This document shows positions 29,284 through 37,782 of a stretch of DNA of 46,600 bases, in pieces. A program made the position numbers and the translations under genes. The stretch is from a virus (Duplodnaviria; Caudoviricetes), in the IMG/VR virus record IMGVR_UViG_3300048861_000262, positions 1 to 46,600 of that record; one strand, given 5' to 3'. Position 1 is the stretch's first letter, and every line of letters starts with the position of its first letter. A model generated the notes under the pieces. It saw only the letters and a list, made by a program, of their open reading frames with translations. It did not search any database and was not told where the DNA came from.

Positions 29284-31638
29284 ATGACCGTTTCAAGCGA
29301 AGTAAGCAAATCTGGCCCGTTCAATGGTAACGGCGTCACGACTGCATTCAATTATGAATTTAAGATCGAAGATAAATCACAACTGAATGTAGTTAAAACC
29401 TCTGTCGATGGCGTCGAGACTTCGCTTGTTGTCGATGTAAACTACACCGTTACCAACGTTGGCAGTGAGGGCGGCGGGCAGGCTATTCTTTTCATCGCGC
29501 CGGTTACTGGAGAGACGATTACCAACCTCCGCAATGTACCATTCACTCAAGAAATGGATCTCGAAAATCAAGGCGCCTATTTCGCTGAAACCGTAGAGGA
29601 TGCGTTTGACCTCGCTGCCATGCGTGATCAGCAGCTAAAGGAAGAGCTTAGCCGCGCCGTTCTCGTGCAACTAGGTCAAGACCCGATTACGATTGCTCCC
29701 GGCTTGGAAGACGGCGACGTACCTATGTTTTCGGGCAATCAGTTCGTGAAGGGTCCGACCGCCGATCAGGTAAAGAACGCGCAAGGATTTGCTCAAGACG
29801 CCGAAGCATGGGCGGGCGTGTCTCAAGCTGCGGTCGTCAAGGGCAACAGCTACCGGCGACCCATTTTCGAATTCCCTGGCGGCGAGGCAGAGAAGGCGAA
29901 ACCCACGGCCACGGCTGACTTCCAGGCGGTTATAAATTACGCGCTAGCCACTGGCGAACTTATCGATTTCCCAAAGTGGGAATATCCTATTCGGTCTCTC
30001 GTCAGTGCTGACGGCGGCGTCGTTACGTCTGCTGTAAACATCGATGTGGATTGCGCTTTGGGTGCAAAGTTCATCGTCGGTGACGCCTTTTTCGGTGCGT
30101 TAGGTAATGTATTTCAGTTTGTTGGAGACGCTCCCACGGCTGTCGATAGCGCTCTTATGTCTAGGCTTAGATGGCGCGGTGGGGTCATTTCAGCGCAGCA
30201 ACTTACGGCTGATCATGGTCAAGGCTCCGGCTTTTCTGGCGGAATGATGAACGTCGTCGGCTTCTTCAAGCCCCTTGTCGAGCAGGTTTTCTTTGACGGT
30301 GGAACGACCGCTCCAGCATTCAACATTATAGGCGCGGGCGCAATGGATACCGGTCTAGGCTGGAACCAGAATATCGGAGGCGGCGCGCAATATAACGGCT
30401 TCCGGGGCTTCTATGACATTGCCTCTTATATCAATGGCTTTCGCGTTGTTTCGACGCTCGCGCACAATCCTATAACGACGGGTTCGGCAGGCTCGCCAGT
30501 CGTCACTGTATCCGCTCCTGCTCACGGCATGCGGAACGGAGACCGTTGCTTCCTACAGGGAGTTACGACCTTTGACGGAGTTACGCTTGCAACTAGCGAA
30601 TATGCCGTTTCTGGCGTGACGACAAACACGTTCCAAGTCACGGCGACTTCTGGAACTGCCACGACTGGCGGCATTGCTGGCGGCGGCGATGCCGTCATTT
30701 TCACCAACTCTAGCTCCAATAAGCGCTTGTCCTCTATGAGCGGCGAAAGCACAATTTTCTTTAAAAATTGGGTCACTCGCTGCACGAACTCATTCGCTGC
30801 CAAGCGTAACGCGCGCAACTTCGTCTTTGACAGCAACACATTCCGAGATACCGCTAACGGTATCGGAACCTCTGGTGTTGGTGAGTATGCAGGCGGCTAC
30901 GGCAAGCGTCTGAAGATCGTCAACAACGATTTTTACAACATTATGAACTGGCCTATTCGCCTCCAGGGCGGCGGGCCGGAGACCATCATTGAAGGAAATA
31001 CAATCGAGAACTTCGGCAGGCAGTATTACGACGGAGGCGCTACCGCCGTTAATGTATCTCTTGGCGCACCTATTTCCGGTATTCAAATTGACAGCATGGA
31101 TGCGGCTGTTGTCAAGAACAACACAATTCGAATGACTGATAACCACGTCGGCGCAACGTGGATCGCGGGTGAAGAGCCAGCGGCGATACGGTTAGGTAAG
31201 AATTCTGAATTCATTAGCGGCTGCATCGATTGCGAAATTGACGGCAATACGATTATTGACGTTCCACAACCCTACAATTTCGCTGTTGGCAATCTTCGCA
31301 CTCGTAGAGGTAACAGGAACTTTGTCCGTGGCGCGACTAAGGCTAGCGTTTACGGCGACACTGGTATGGAAATTAGCGAGAACAAGCAACTTGCCGCTAC
31401 TGGTATGAGCTTGGCGGCATCTGGTGTTGTGAGTGCCGCCGTGCCTCACGGCCTTGATTATACCCCCGCAGTTGGAAATTGCGTGGCCTCCCTTGGCGTA
31501 ACAACGACAAACTCGTTTGCCTTGGCATGGGGTCCGCGAGTTGTCAGCACGGATGGAACAAACGTTACCGTAGCTTATTCCGTCTCTACACAAGGGGCGG
31601 GTGGTTCGACCGCGCAAGTAAATATTCACATCAAGTAA
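29284..31638 (+). CDS. Tailspike/receptor-binding protein (beta-helix depolymerase-like)
   Basis: GNGVTTAF.YEFKI adaptor N-terminus; Asn-ladder repeats (IVNNDF, IEGNTI, VKNNTI, IDGNTI). Confidence 0.85.
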   Translation: MTVSSEVSKSGPFNGNGVTTAFNYEFKIEDKSQLNVVKTSVDGVETSLVVDVNYTVTNVGSEGGGQAILFIAPVTGETITNLRNVPFTQEMDLENQGAYFAETVEDAFDLAAMRDQQLKEELSRAVLVQLGQDPITIAPGLEDGDVPMFSGNQFVKGPTADQVKNAQGFAQDAEAWAGVSQAAVVKGNSYRRPIFEFPGGEAEKAKPTATADFQAVINYALATGELIDFPKWEYPIRSLVSADGGVVTSAVNIDVDCALGAKFIVGDAFFGALGNVFQFVGDAPTAVDSALMSRLRWRGGVISAQQLTADHGQGSGFSGGMMNVVGFFKPLVEQVFFDGGTTAPAFNIIGAGAMDTGLGWNQNIGGGAQYNGFRGFYDIASYINGFRVVSTLAHNPITTGSAGSPVVTVSAPAHGMRNGDRCFLQGVTTFDGVTLATSEYAVSGVTTNTFQVTATSGTATTGGIAGGGDAVIFTNSSSNKRLSSMSGESTIFFKNWVTRCTNSFAAKRNARNFVFDSNTFRDTANGIGTSGVGEYAGGYGKRLKIVNNDFYNIMNWPIRLQGGGPETIIEGNTIENFGRQYYDGGATAVNVSLGAPISGIQIDSMDAAVVKNNTIRMTDNHVGATWIAGEEPAAIRLGKNSEFISGCIDCEIDGNTIIDVPQPYNFAVGNLRTRRGNRNFVRGATKASVYGDTGMEISENKQLAATGMSLAASGVVSAAVPHGLDYTPAVGNCVASLGVTTTNSFALAWGPRVVSTDGTNVTVAYSVSTQGAGGSTAQVNIHIK

Positions 31639-31722
31639 GCGAATGATGGTGGCGGTAGTTTTTCCGCCAACTATCCGCCTCTATTTCTGGCGTAACGGAA
31701 CAAGGGCGGCGGCGAAACATTT

Positions 31723-32007
31723 ATGAGCGAAGTAACGCGAACCGAAATCGAAACGCTTCATGGTAGGATCAGCGACTTGAAAGAGCGCGTTGTCAATCTG
31801 GAAGCACAGCAGCCGCATATCAACGCTGCACTTCTTCGCATTGAAGGAAGCGTTGGTAAGGTTGGAGAGCAATTCGAGGAACGTTTTGACCGTCTCACCA
31901 AAAAGATCGGAAATGTAGCCTGGGCGTTCATCGTCCCTCTGATTGCTCTTATTGTTGGTGTAATCTTCAAGGTCATCTTTTCCGGCGCTCTAGCGCATTA
32001 TATTTGA
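31723..32007 (+). CDS. Coiled-coil protein with C-terminal TM (lysis region)
   Basis: Coiled coil followed by hydrophobic helix. Confidence 0.7.
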   Translation: MSEVTRTEIETLHGRISDLKERVVNLEAQQPHINAALLRIEGSVGKVGEQFEERFDRLTKKIGNVAWAFIVPLIALIVGVIFKVIFSGALAHYI

Positions 32008-32066
32008 TTTCATCTTGACAACTTTTCTAGGCGCATGTTGCGACCAATTCACTTTGAGGTCGCACC

Positions 32067-32270
32067 ATGACGCTTGTTCTCGTTCGTATCTTCCTTCGCT
32101 ACCTTGCCGCGTTCCTCGTGACGCGTGGCCTGATGTCTCAAGATATCAGCGATATCTTTTCGACCGATCCAGATTTTGCAAACGGTCTAGACCTACTTCT
32201 AGGTAGCGCCATCGCCGCCGCCGCCGAGGGATGGTATTACCTCGCGCACAAATTCGGGTGGCGGAAGTGA
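32067..32270 (+). CDS. Putative holin
   Basis: 67 aa, two hydrophobic segments, basic C-terminus; GAGG RBS; upstream of spanins. Confidence 0.65.
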   Translation: MTLVLVRIFLRYLAAFLVTRGLMSQDISDIFSTDPDFANGLDLLLGSAIAAAAEGWYYLAHKFGWRK

Positions 32271-32533
32271 TCTGGATGGCGGCGGCTTACAACGCGGTCA
32301 AGTCTGTACCGGCATGGGTCTATGCGGCCCTCGTTGCCCTAATCATCATCTGCGCTTCTGGCTATGGCCTGTATCGAGCCGGTGCCGCTTCTGAGCGCGC
32401 CAAGGCGTTGCAGCATTCCGTTGACGTGCTTCGCGAAAGGAAGTCTACCGATGAAGAAATTCACAATCTGTCTGACGCTGATCTTTGCCGCAAGCTTGGC
32501 GGGGTGCCAAACGACAACGGCGAATGTCTGTGA
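32267..32533 (+). CDS. Putative i-spanin (Rz-like)
   Basis: GTGA overlap; N-terminal TM, short periplasmic helix with Cys residues. Confidence 0.7.
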   Translation: MIWMAAAYNAVKSVPAWVYAALVALIIICASGYGLYRAGAASERAKALQHSVDVLRERKSTDEEIHNLSDADLCRKLGGVPNDNGECL

Positions 32534-32660
32534 TGGCTGGTCGAAGCTAACGCCATCGTCATCGACGCGTACATTCATTATAGGGCAAGACCGATCTTTT
32601 GCCGAACAGGTCGCAGCACACAATAGCTTCGGCGCTTCGCAATCCTGCTGGAAAAATTAA
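32451..32660 (+). CDS. Putative o-spanin lipoprotein (Rz1-like)
   Basis: MKKFTICLTLIFAASLAGC signal with LAGC lipobox; overlaps i-spanin in another frame. Confidence 0.8.
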   Translation: MKKFTICLTLIFAASLAGCQTTTANVCDGWSKLTPSSSTRTFIIGQDRSFAEQVAAHNSFGASQSCWKN

Positions 32661-33007
32661 AGGGCTTTGCCCTTCACGAGAATTTCGCCGCGCGGTAACG
32701 AGCCCTTGTCGAGTAGATTGGCAAGGGCTTTTTGCGGCGGCATGTACGCCTTGCGCCCGTCGCGCTCTGCCTCATCCTCATCGTTCCATTTCTTTTCAAG
32801 GCGGCAAAGCTCCGTCCAGATATTAAGCTCTTTCGCCTGGGAGCGCTCGCGTCGTAGCGCGCGAAACAGATCGTACATTTCAGCGCCGCGTTTCATGCGC
32901 CGATTGTTGAACGACATACGGCATGGAGACGAGCAGAACAATTTCCCCGAATATCCCCCATGGAGAGCGTTGCCGCATTCTTGGCAAGCATGAGACAGCT
33001 TAGACAT
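32657..33007 (-). CDS. Zinc-finger protein
   Basis: CQECG...FCSSPCR motif. Confidence 0.75.
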   Translation of the reverse strand: MSKLSHACQECGNALHGGYSGKLFCSSPCRMSFNNRRMKRGAEMYDLFRALRRERSQAKELNIWTELCRLEKKWNDEDEAERDGRKAYMPPQKALANLLDKGSLPRGEILVKGKAL

Positions 33008-33096
33008 TGGCGCGATCCTGAAACGAAAATAGGAAAACCGTTTAAACGGAATGCGCAACATGTAGCGATTGGATGCGAAAAACGCAACAGTTTATT

Positions 33097-33270
33097 TTAC
33101 GCCAGAATAGTCTTGCGACCGACGACGGCGGCGACAACCAAAAGCTCAACAGCCGGGACAAGCCAAGCCGAAACGCTGCCATTGAAGACAATGGACAGAA
33201 AGCCCCATAGAACGAACGTCACGAAAGCAAGTATCGGCGCAACTGCGATTATGCCCCATATGATTTTCAT
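33097..33270 (-). CDS. Small two-TM membrane protein
   Basis: GGAG RBS; 57 aa, almost entirely hydrophobic. Confidence 0.6.
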   Translation of the reverse strand: MKIIWGIIAVAPILAFVTFVLWGFLSIVFNGSVSAWLVPAVELLVVAAVVGRKTILA

Positions 33271-33288
33271 GTTTAAATCTCCGGTAAG

Positions 33289-33323
33289 AAAAAAGGGCGC
33301 TAGGTTTGTACCATAGCGCCCTT
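33289..33323 (-). terminator. Intrinsic terminator of recombination operon
   Basis: AAGGGCGCTA/TAGCGCCCTT stem with T6 tail on minus strand. Confidence 0.75.
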
Positions 33324-33348
33324 GGTTCAGCAATTGGCCTTGGCTGGC

Positions 33349-33756
33349 TTATGCGGCCTTGGCCTTGCCCTTCTTCAAGAACTCGGGAACGCCTTCGCTC
33401 GACGGCTCATCGTCGCCCTCCATCTGCGCGCCGCCCACGGTGCCGCTCGGCTCGCTCGCCGCGTCAACGTCGCCCTTGGGGTCAGCGCCGTCAAACGCTT
33501 CCTTGAGGCCGCTGGCGTCAAGGGCTGCCCCCTGGGCGTCTGTGGCGGTGGGCGTCGTTGCTGGCTTGTCCTCGATGCGGCGGGTCTTCTGCTCCGTCTT
33601 GACTTCCTCGACGGATGCGGCCTTGAGAAGGCCGGTATAGTCACCGCTTTCATGCGCGGCCTTGACGATGCCAAGGGCATTGAATTGCTCGTCCAGCGTC
33701 TTGCCTGTGGGCAGGAATGCTTTGATTACGATTGCGATACCTTGCTGATTTGCCAT
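33349..33756 (-). CDS. Hypothetical phage protein
   Basis: GGAAGGA RBS; acidic tail ending VPEFLKK. Confidence 0.7.
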   Translation of the reverse strand: MANQQGIAIVIKAFLPTGKTLDEQFNALGIVKAAHESGDYTGLLKAASVEEVKTEQKTRRIEDKPATTPTATDAQGAALDASGLKEAFDGADPKGDVDAASEPSGTVGGAQMEGDDEPSSEGVPEFLKKGKAKAA

Positions 33757-33812
33757 TTGGATTTCCTTCCGAGTTGGCGTTAACAATTAATGTTTTGGGG
33801 CGGCGGCTTGCC

Positions 33813-34013
33813 TTACTTGCCCCTAAGCTTCTGCGACGTAGCCTTGATCTTGTGGTGAGCGACGATCACGGCGGTTTCGTCGGGTTGCTCGCTGGCGACC
33901 GTCTCCAGTTCGCCAGCTAGCTTTTTCAGTTCATGCGCGGCAAGCAACAAATCATCCTTGCCGCGCGTGCGGATCTCCACGCGCGAAAATCCGGGGATGG
34001 TCGCAACGGTCAT
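33813..34013 (-). CDS. Hypothetical phage protein
   Basis: TAATG coupling with recT. Confidence 0.7.
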   Translation of the reverse strand: MTVATIPGFSRVEIRTRGKDDLLLAAHELKKLAGELETVASEQPDETAVIVAHHKIKATSQKLRGK

Positions 34014-34978
34014 TAGATGTCATCTCCTGACTGCTGCCGGTAATCGTCCATGTCCTGGCCGTCGTCGTCATGCTCGATGATCTCGCCCGTTTCTGGATCG
34101 TGATCCATGCGGTTGTTCTGCTCGACGGATGCGGCCTGCTTGGGCGTAACGTCCTTGAGTGCTGCCGCCGCGCCGCCGCGCTTCTTCGTGGTCGGCTGCT
34201 GCAACTGAACGACTTCGCCGCCGTTCGTCGCTTCGTATTCAAATTCCTCGTCAATGCGCTCGACGGCTTGCATGAATTCGTCGCGGTCGCTGCTCGACGG
34301 CAAATATTTGCTGATGCGGCGGATTACCGTTTTACGCCACCATTCGCCGTAATTCTTACCGCTGGCCGGGTCATATTGGCTCGGGTTCTTGGACTGCCCG
34401 GCAATACGCATAACCGCCGCTTTGTCCATCACTTCGCGCTGCATGCTGCCATCCTTGAGGCGCACGATGGCATAGACAGCGATCGGAGCGCCGCGATTGT
34501 CGAACGTCGGTTCATGCTCGATGCGCTCATCATCGCCAAGGACGTAAGCAAACTTGTCGTTCTTGTGGACAACGTGGGCGGCGATGCTCGCAATCTCGCC
34601 GCTGTTGCGCGCCTTCTTCATGAGGCCCGCGACCATGGGGATATACTGAACGCGATCTTCGTAGCGGTCTTTTTCGTTCCGCTCGCTGACCTTCTGCCGG
34701 AAGGTGACAAGTGTCGCCTCGCGACCGTCCAGAATGAGGCCATCGGTCGCGGCCTTGGTGCATGCGGCCAAGAGCGATTGCATGCCGCCCGGCGTCTCGC
34801 ATGCCTTGGCAATCTGCGGGTTCATCTGAATTGCGGTCTGCACCGTGCGGACGAAACGCTCGGCGGGGATATGGCCGGGCAGCGCCTTTTTGAATTCGGG
34901 CGTCATCTGGTCAAGGCGCTGGCGAAGAGTGACCGGCTTGCGGTCAGCCTGCGCGGGGAGGGTATTCGGCTGTGCCAT
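34013..34978 (-). CDS. recT: RecT-family single-strand annealing recombinase
   Basis: KALPGHIPAERFVR, GLMKKARNSG, KTVIRRISKYLP; HDPETGEI tail. Confidence 0.92.
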   Translation of the reverse strand: MAQPNTLPAQADRKPVTLRQRLDQMTPEFKKALPGHIPAERFVRTVQTAIQMNPQIAKACETPGGMQSLLAACTKAATDGLILDGREATLVTFRQKVSERNEKDRYEDRVQYIPMVAGLMKKARNSGEIASIAAHVVHKNDKFAYVLGDDERIEHEPTFDNRGAPIAVYAIVRLKDGSMQREVMDKAAVMRIAGQSKNPSQYDPASGKNYGEWWRKTVIRRISKYLPSSSDRDEFMQAVERIDEEFEYEATNGGEVVQLQQPTTKKRGGAAAALKDVTPKQAASVEQNNRMDHDPETGEIIEHDDDGQDMDDYRQQSGDDI

Positions 34979-35144
34979 TGTCAATTTCTTTCAAAAGGGT
35001 TGCGGCTCTGGCGTGAAGAGTGCCGGTTGAGTGTGCCGCGACATGACGCAAAACTGCCCTGATCATGGCCCGGCTTCTGTTCGGAGAGCGGCGCAATAAA
35101 TGAGCCGCGCTCCAGAATTTGCGTGTCTCTTCGGCAAGTGGCAT
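34944..35144 (-). CDS. Hypothetical protein between recE-like gene and recT
   Basis: TAATG coupling with exonuclease stop. Confidence 0.5.
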   Translation of the reverse strand: MPLAEETRKFWSAAHLLRRSPNRSRAMIRAVLRHVAAHSTGTLHARAATLLKEIDNGTAEYPPRAG

Positions 35145-36004
35145 TAGGCCGCTGCCTGTTCCTCATCCAAGGCGTTCGGCGCTTCGGTGTGACGGTAGGC
35201 CCAACGGTTGAATGAAAGTTCCTGCACGCCATCGCCATAAGCAGGCCAACGGTTGTTGGCTTTGCATTCGTGATAGGTGTCGAGCGCCTTGCGCATCATC
35301 ACGCGGCCTTCTTCGACAATCGACGGCGGAAGCTCGTAGACGGCGAACGCGAACGGCTCCTCTTTCTCGAAAGTGAGGAACGCGAACCAGTCAACCGGCA
35401 TATCGAGACTTTGCCAGCCGTCAGAATAGAACGCTTCCTGCGCGTGGTAGCCGTATTCGATAACCGATTTCGCGAAGGCGTCAGGGTGGGCGCTCTTGGT
35501 AGATTTTACGTCGAGAATGCCGCGCAAATCCTTGCGGTAAAGGTCGGGACGGATACGGCAAATCTCGCCGGTAACTGGATCGGTAAAATATCCAGACGCT
35601 TCAATCATCGGCTCGCCGCCCGTGACGATTGAGTTGATCCATGGATCAGCATGCACGACATCGCGGATGGCAAGCGTGTTGTCGTAGTCGCCGGAAGTGA
35701 GGAGCAGCTTTTTTTCAATCCGCGCCATCTCCATTTTATCGGTCCACTTATTCCCGCGCCGGTCATCAGGGCCGCGAATAACGACGACCTCGAATTCATT
35801 GGGCTGGAGGATGGCGAGGTGGCAGGCTTCGCCAAAGTCGAAATAAGTCTTTTCCTTGCGCTTCCCGAATTTGAAATGCGCTGGCGACTTTTTGCCGATC
35901 GTGAAGAGGCCGGATTTCGAAATGCCAGGTCCTTCGTGATAGCTCTCATTCGGAATGCCCTGGTAAATGCCGGGCTTAATGTTCTGATCTACGGCAAGCG
36001 TCAT
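35144..36004 (-). CDS. RecE/ExoVIII-like PD-(D/E)XK exonuclease (DUF3799 type)
   Basis: YH..PGISKS, FGEACH, CRIRPD, DVKST, YHAQEAFY; GGAGG RBS. Confidence 0.9.
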   Translation of the reverse strand: MTLAVDQNIKPGIYQGIPNESYHEGPGISKSGLFTIGKKSPAHFKFGKRKEKTYFDFGEACHLAILQPNEFEVVVIRGPDDRRGNKWTDKMEMARIEKKLLLTSGDYDNTLAIRDVVHADPWINSIVTGGEPMIEASGYFTDPVTGEICRIRPDLYRKDLRGILDVKSTKSAHPDAFAKSVIEYGYHAQEAFYSDGWQSLDMPVDWFAFLTFEKEEPFAFAVYELPPSIVEEGRVMMRKALDTYHECKANNRWPAYGDGVQELSFNRWAYRHTEAPNALDEEQAAA

Positions 36005-36118
36005 TGATGTGGCCTCCTGTTGTTAAATGCGAACAACGCAACAGTAAGCGCAACGATGCGAAAACGTCAATAGCTGAAATTCAGAAATTCAGAAATTCAG
36101 AAAAAATCGCATTTGCTG

Positions 36119-36148
36119 TTGACATATGATTAATCATGATGTGTAAAT
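36119..36148 (+). promoter_or_regulatory. Rightward promoter with no downstream CDS
   Basis: TTGACA at 36119-36124, AT-rich -10 region near 36142-36148, operator-like site 36137-36155. Confidence 0.55.
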
Positions 36149-36152
36149 CGCA

Positions 36153-36470
36153 ACAGCAAGAAGGCGACGGGTTGGGATTTCTAGCCGTCTCGTAGCGGCA
36201 TTCACCGGAAATGGTGCCAATCGCCTTTCTTGCGACAGTTTCGCCCTGTGGGCGTCCGAAAAGGTGGGCGGATTTCTGGTTCCTGCAACGCCTTTGTCCT
36301 GTGGAGTAACCAGCGCTTGGCCTCGATACCGGCTCGTGAAGGCACGACGTTAAAACCGGACCAATTGGCTGTACGTCCTTAAACTCTGTCAAGTTTCAGA
36401 CGCTCGCCGTTCCTCCTCCCAGGCGATGCGGCAGGAAGCGCCCGGCATCCTCCTCCCTGCCGGGCGCTTT
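36153..36470 (+). ncRNA. Putative structured sRNA ending in two CCUCCUCCC (cuckoo/alpha-r14-type) hairpins
   Basis: No credible ORF; stem 36156-36167/36221-36233; loops CCTCCTCCC at 36412-36420 and 36449-36457; last stem 12 bp. Confidence 0.7.
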
Positions 36471-36474
36471 CATC

Positions 36475-37101
36475 TCACGGTATGATCGCTAAGACAGGCG
36501 TTGCGGTTTCAAGCATCACCTCGATTATCTTCCCGTTGGCATTCATAATGCGTGCCTCTCCTGTCTTTCTGGCCCGTTCAAGCTTGGCAAGTATCTGCCC
36601 GCCATCACGCGACCGGCATATAGACAGGAAGCCAATCGCCGCATTTTCAACATGATCGGTGTGATTGAACAACACAACCGCATCATCCCATAGCGCGAAG
36701 CATCCGCTTGCCGCTCGCACTTGCGCAGCCAGTACCTTGCCGTTGCCTATCTTGCTGACGGCTGCTTGCGCCCTGTCTATTACCGATTGCGGTAATGGCC
36801 TCGGTTCTTTCAGGCGCTCAAGCGCGCCTGTTTCATTAATAGTTGCCGCAAGAAGTACTTGTGTCGGTAAACCGTCTAAATCGACGGCAACCCCCGCATG
36901 ACTAAGCACTTCCGCAACTGACGCTCCGAGAAACAGAGCAATTGATGTGGCCTCTTCCATTTTCATCCTACGCTGACCAGACAGCATTCGCGAAACGGCA
37001 GATGGATCAACTTCCAAATGCCTCGCTAATCCCCGCACAGATTTACCCCCGACCTCCAGTTTCTGGAGGAACCAGTCCTTATCGATAAGTTGCTTTTGCA
37101 T
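36475..37101 (-). CDS. Prophage repressor (XRE HTH)
   Basis: SVRGLARHLEVDPSAVSRMLSGQRRM HTH; divergent from Cro-like gene. Confidence 0.85.
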   Translation of the reverse strand: MQKQLIDKDWFLQKLEVGGKSVRGLARHLEVDPSAVSRMLSGQRRMKMEEATSIALFLGASVAEVLSHAGVAVDLDGLPTQVLLAATINETGALERLKEPRPLPQSVIDRAQAAVSKIGNGKVLAAQVRAASGCFALWDDAVVLFNHTDHVENAAIGFLSICRSRDGGQILAKLERARKTGEARIMNANGKIIEVMLETATPVLAIIP

Positions 37102-37267
37102 AATCGCCACGCTGATACATTCGGGCACACCATTGCGCACGACTCGTATCGATTGTTGCAAATCCCGCAACAAGTAGCAATGGTGATAGCAATAGCGCTT
37201 TTTTAGTAACGAGCAATACAAAAAATCATCACTAATAATTAATATTAATAGCACGAATGGTATCCTA

Positions 37268-37312
37268 TTGACGATGTGGTTAACGCATCGTATTGTTGCG
37301 GAAAGTGCACCG
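37268..37312 (+). promoter_or_regulatory. Rightward lytic promoter with overlapping operators
   Basis: TTGACG-17 nt-TATTGT (37268-37296); palindromic sites 37272-37290 and 37294-37312. Confidence 0.7.
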
Positions 37313-37327
37313 CTTCGGGATACGAAA

Positions 37328-37561
37328 TTGCAAAACATCGAAGAGAAACAAATAACTCCGTGGCGGAAGGCTTTCGTCAAAATCGGCCTTTCTCAGGCTG
37401 AACTATCCCGCGCAATGCGTTGTCATCGTTCGAAAATTAGCCGCGCTCTGAAAGATGAGACCGGCCTCATTAATGGCTGCGATCAACAAGACCTAATCAC
37501 TGTTGCGAAAATGCTTCACGTCGATTTGAGGCCGGAAGATATCACCCCGGATATCGGGTGA
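37328..37561 (+). CDS. Cro-like HTH regulator (start uncertain)
   Basis: GLSQAELSRAMRCHRSKISRAL; divergent from repressor. Confidence 0.75.
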   Translation: MQNIEEKQITPWRKAFVKIGLSQAELSRAMRCHRSKISRALKDETGLINGCDQQDLITVAKMLHVDLRPEDITPDIG

Positions 37562-37566
37562 AGAAA

Positions 37567-37782
37567 ATGGCCGAAAAACAACAGCCCTCAACACTGCGAC
37601 AACAGGCCGAATTTCTGGACTACATTGTTGCTCGATGCACGATGAGCGACGGAAAGCTAGCGGGCGAGGCCACGATAACGCTCACGCAATCAGACGCGGA
37701 AGAGCTTCACCAGATGGCTATGCGCCTACATCGCATGTCCATCTATGAGACAGAAATCAGGCGGGTGGTCACCCGTCGATGA
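37567..37782 (+). CDS. Hypothetical phage protein
   Basis: Packed between cro-like gene and helicase, ATGA overlap. Confidence 0.65.
   Translation: MAEKQQPSTLRQQAEFLDYIVARCTMSDGKLAGEATITLTQSDAEELHQMAMRLHRMSIYETEIRRVVTRR

Noticed and set aside
29284-32660. Diversity-generating retroelement, expected from the BPP-1-like virion module
   Set aside because: No reverse transcriptase ORF and no TR/VR repeat pair seen near the tailspike
34070-35062. 330-aa plus-strand ORF, and similar long antisense ORFs such as 26997-27944, 25368-26216, 11026-11925 and 13408-14277
   Set aside because: Shadow frames opposite well-supported genes in GC-rich DNA; no motifs or RBS
36169-36178. sRNA segment GGTTGGGAT as antisense to the ATCYAAC motif of the hairpin array (c4-like control)
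   Set aside because: Pairing needs a bulge, is only ~8 nt, and the segment appears sequestered in a stem
36296-36363. tRNA-like cloverleaf ending in GGACCA
   Set aside because: No TTC T-loop and no 7-bp acceptor stem; treated as part of the putative sRNA
37102-37380. 93-aa N-terminal extension of the repressor ORF
   Set aside because: Runs through the AT-rich operator/promoter region and overlaps the cro-like gene; the HTH begins after Met at 37101
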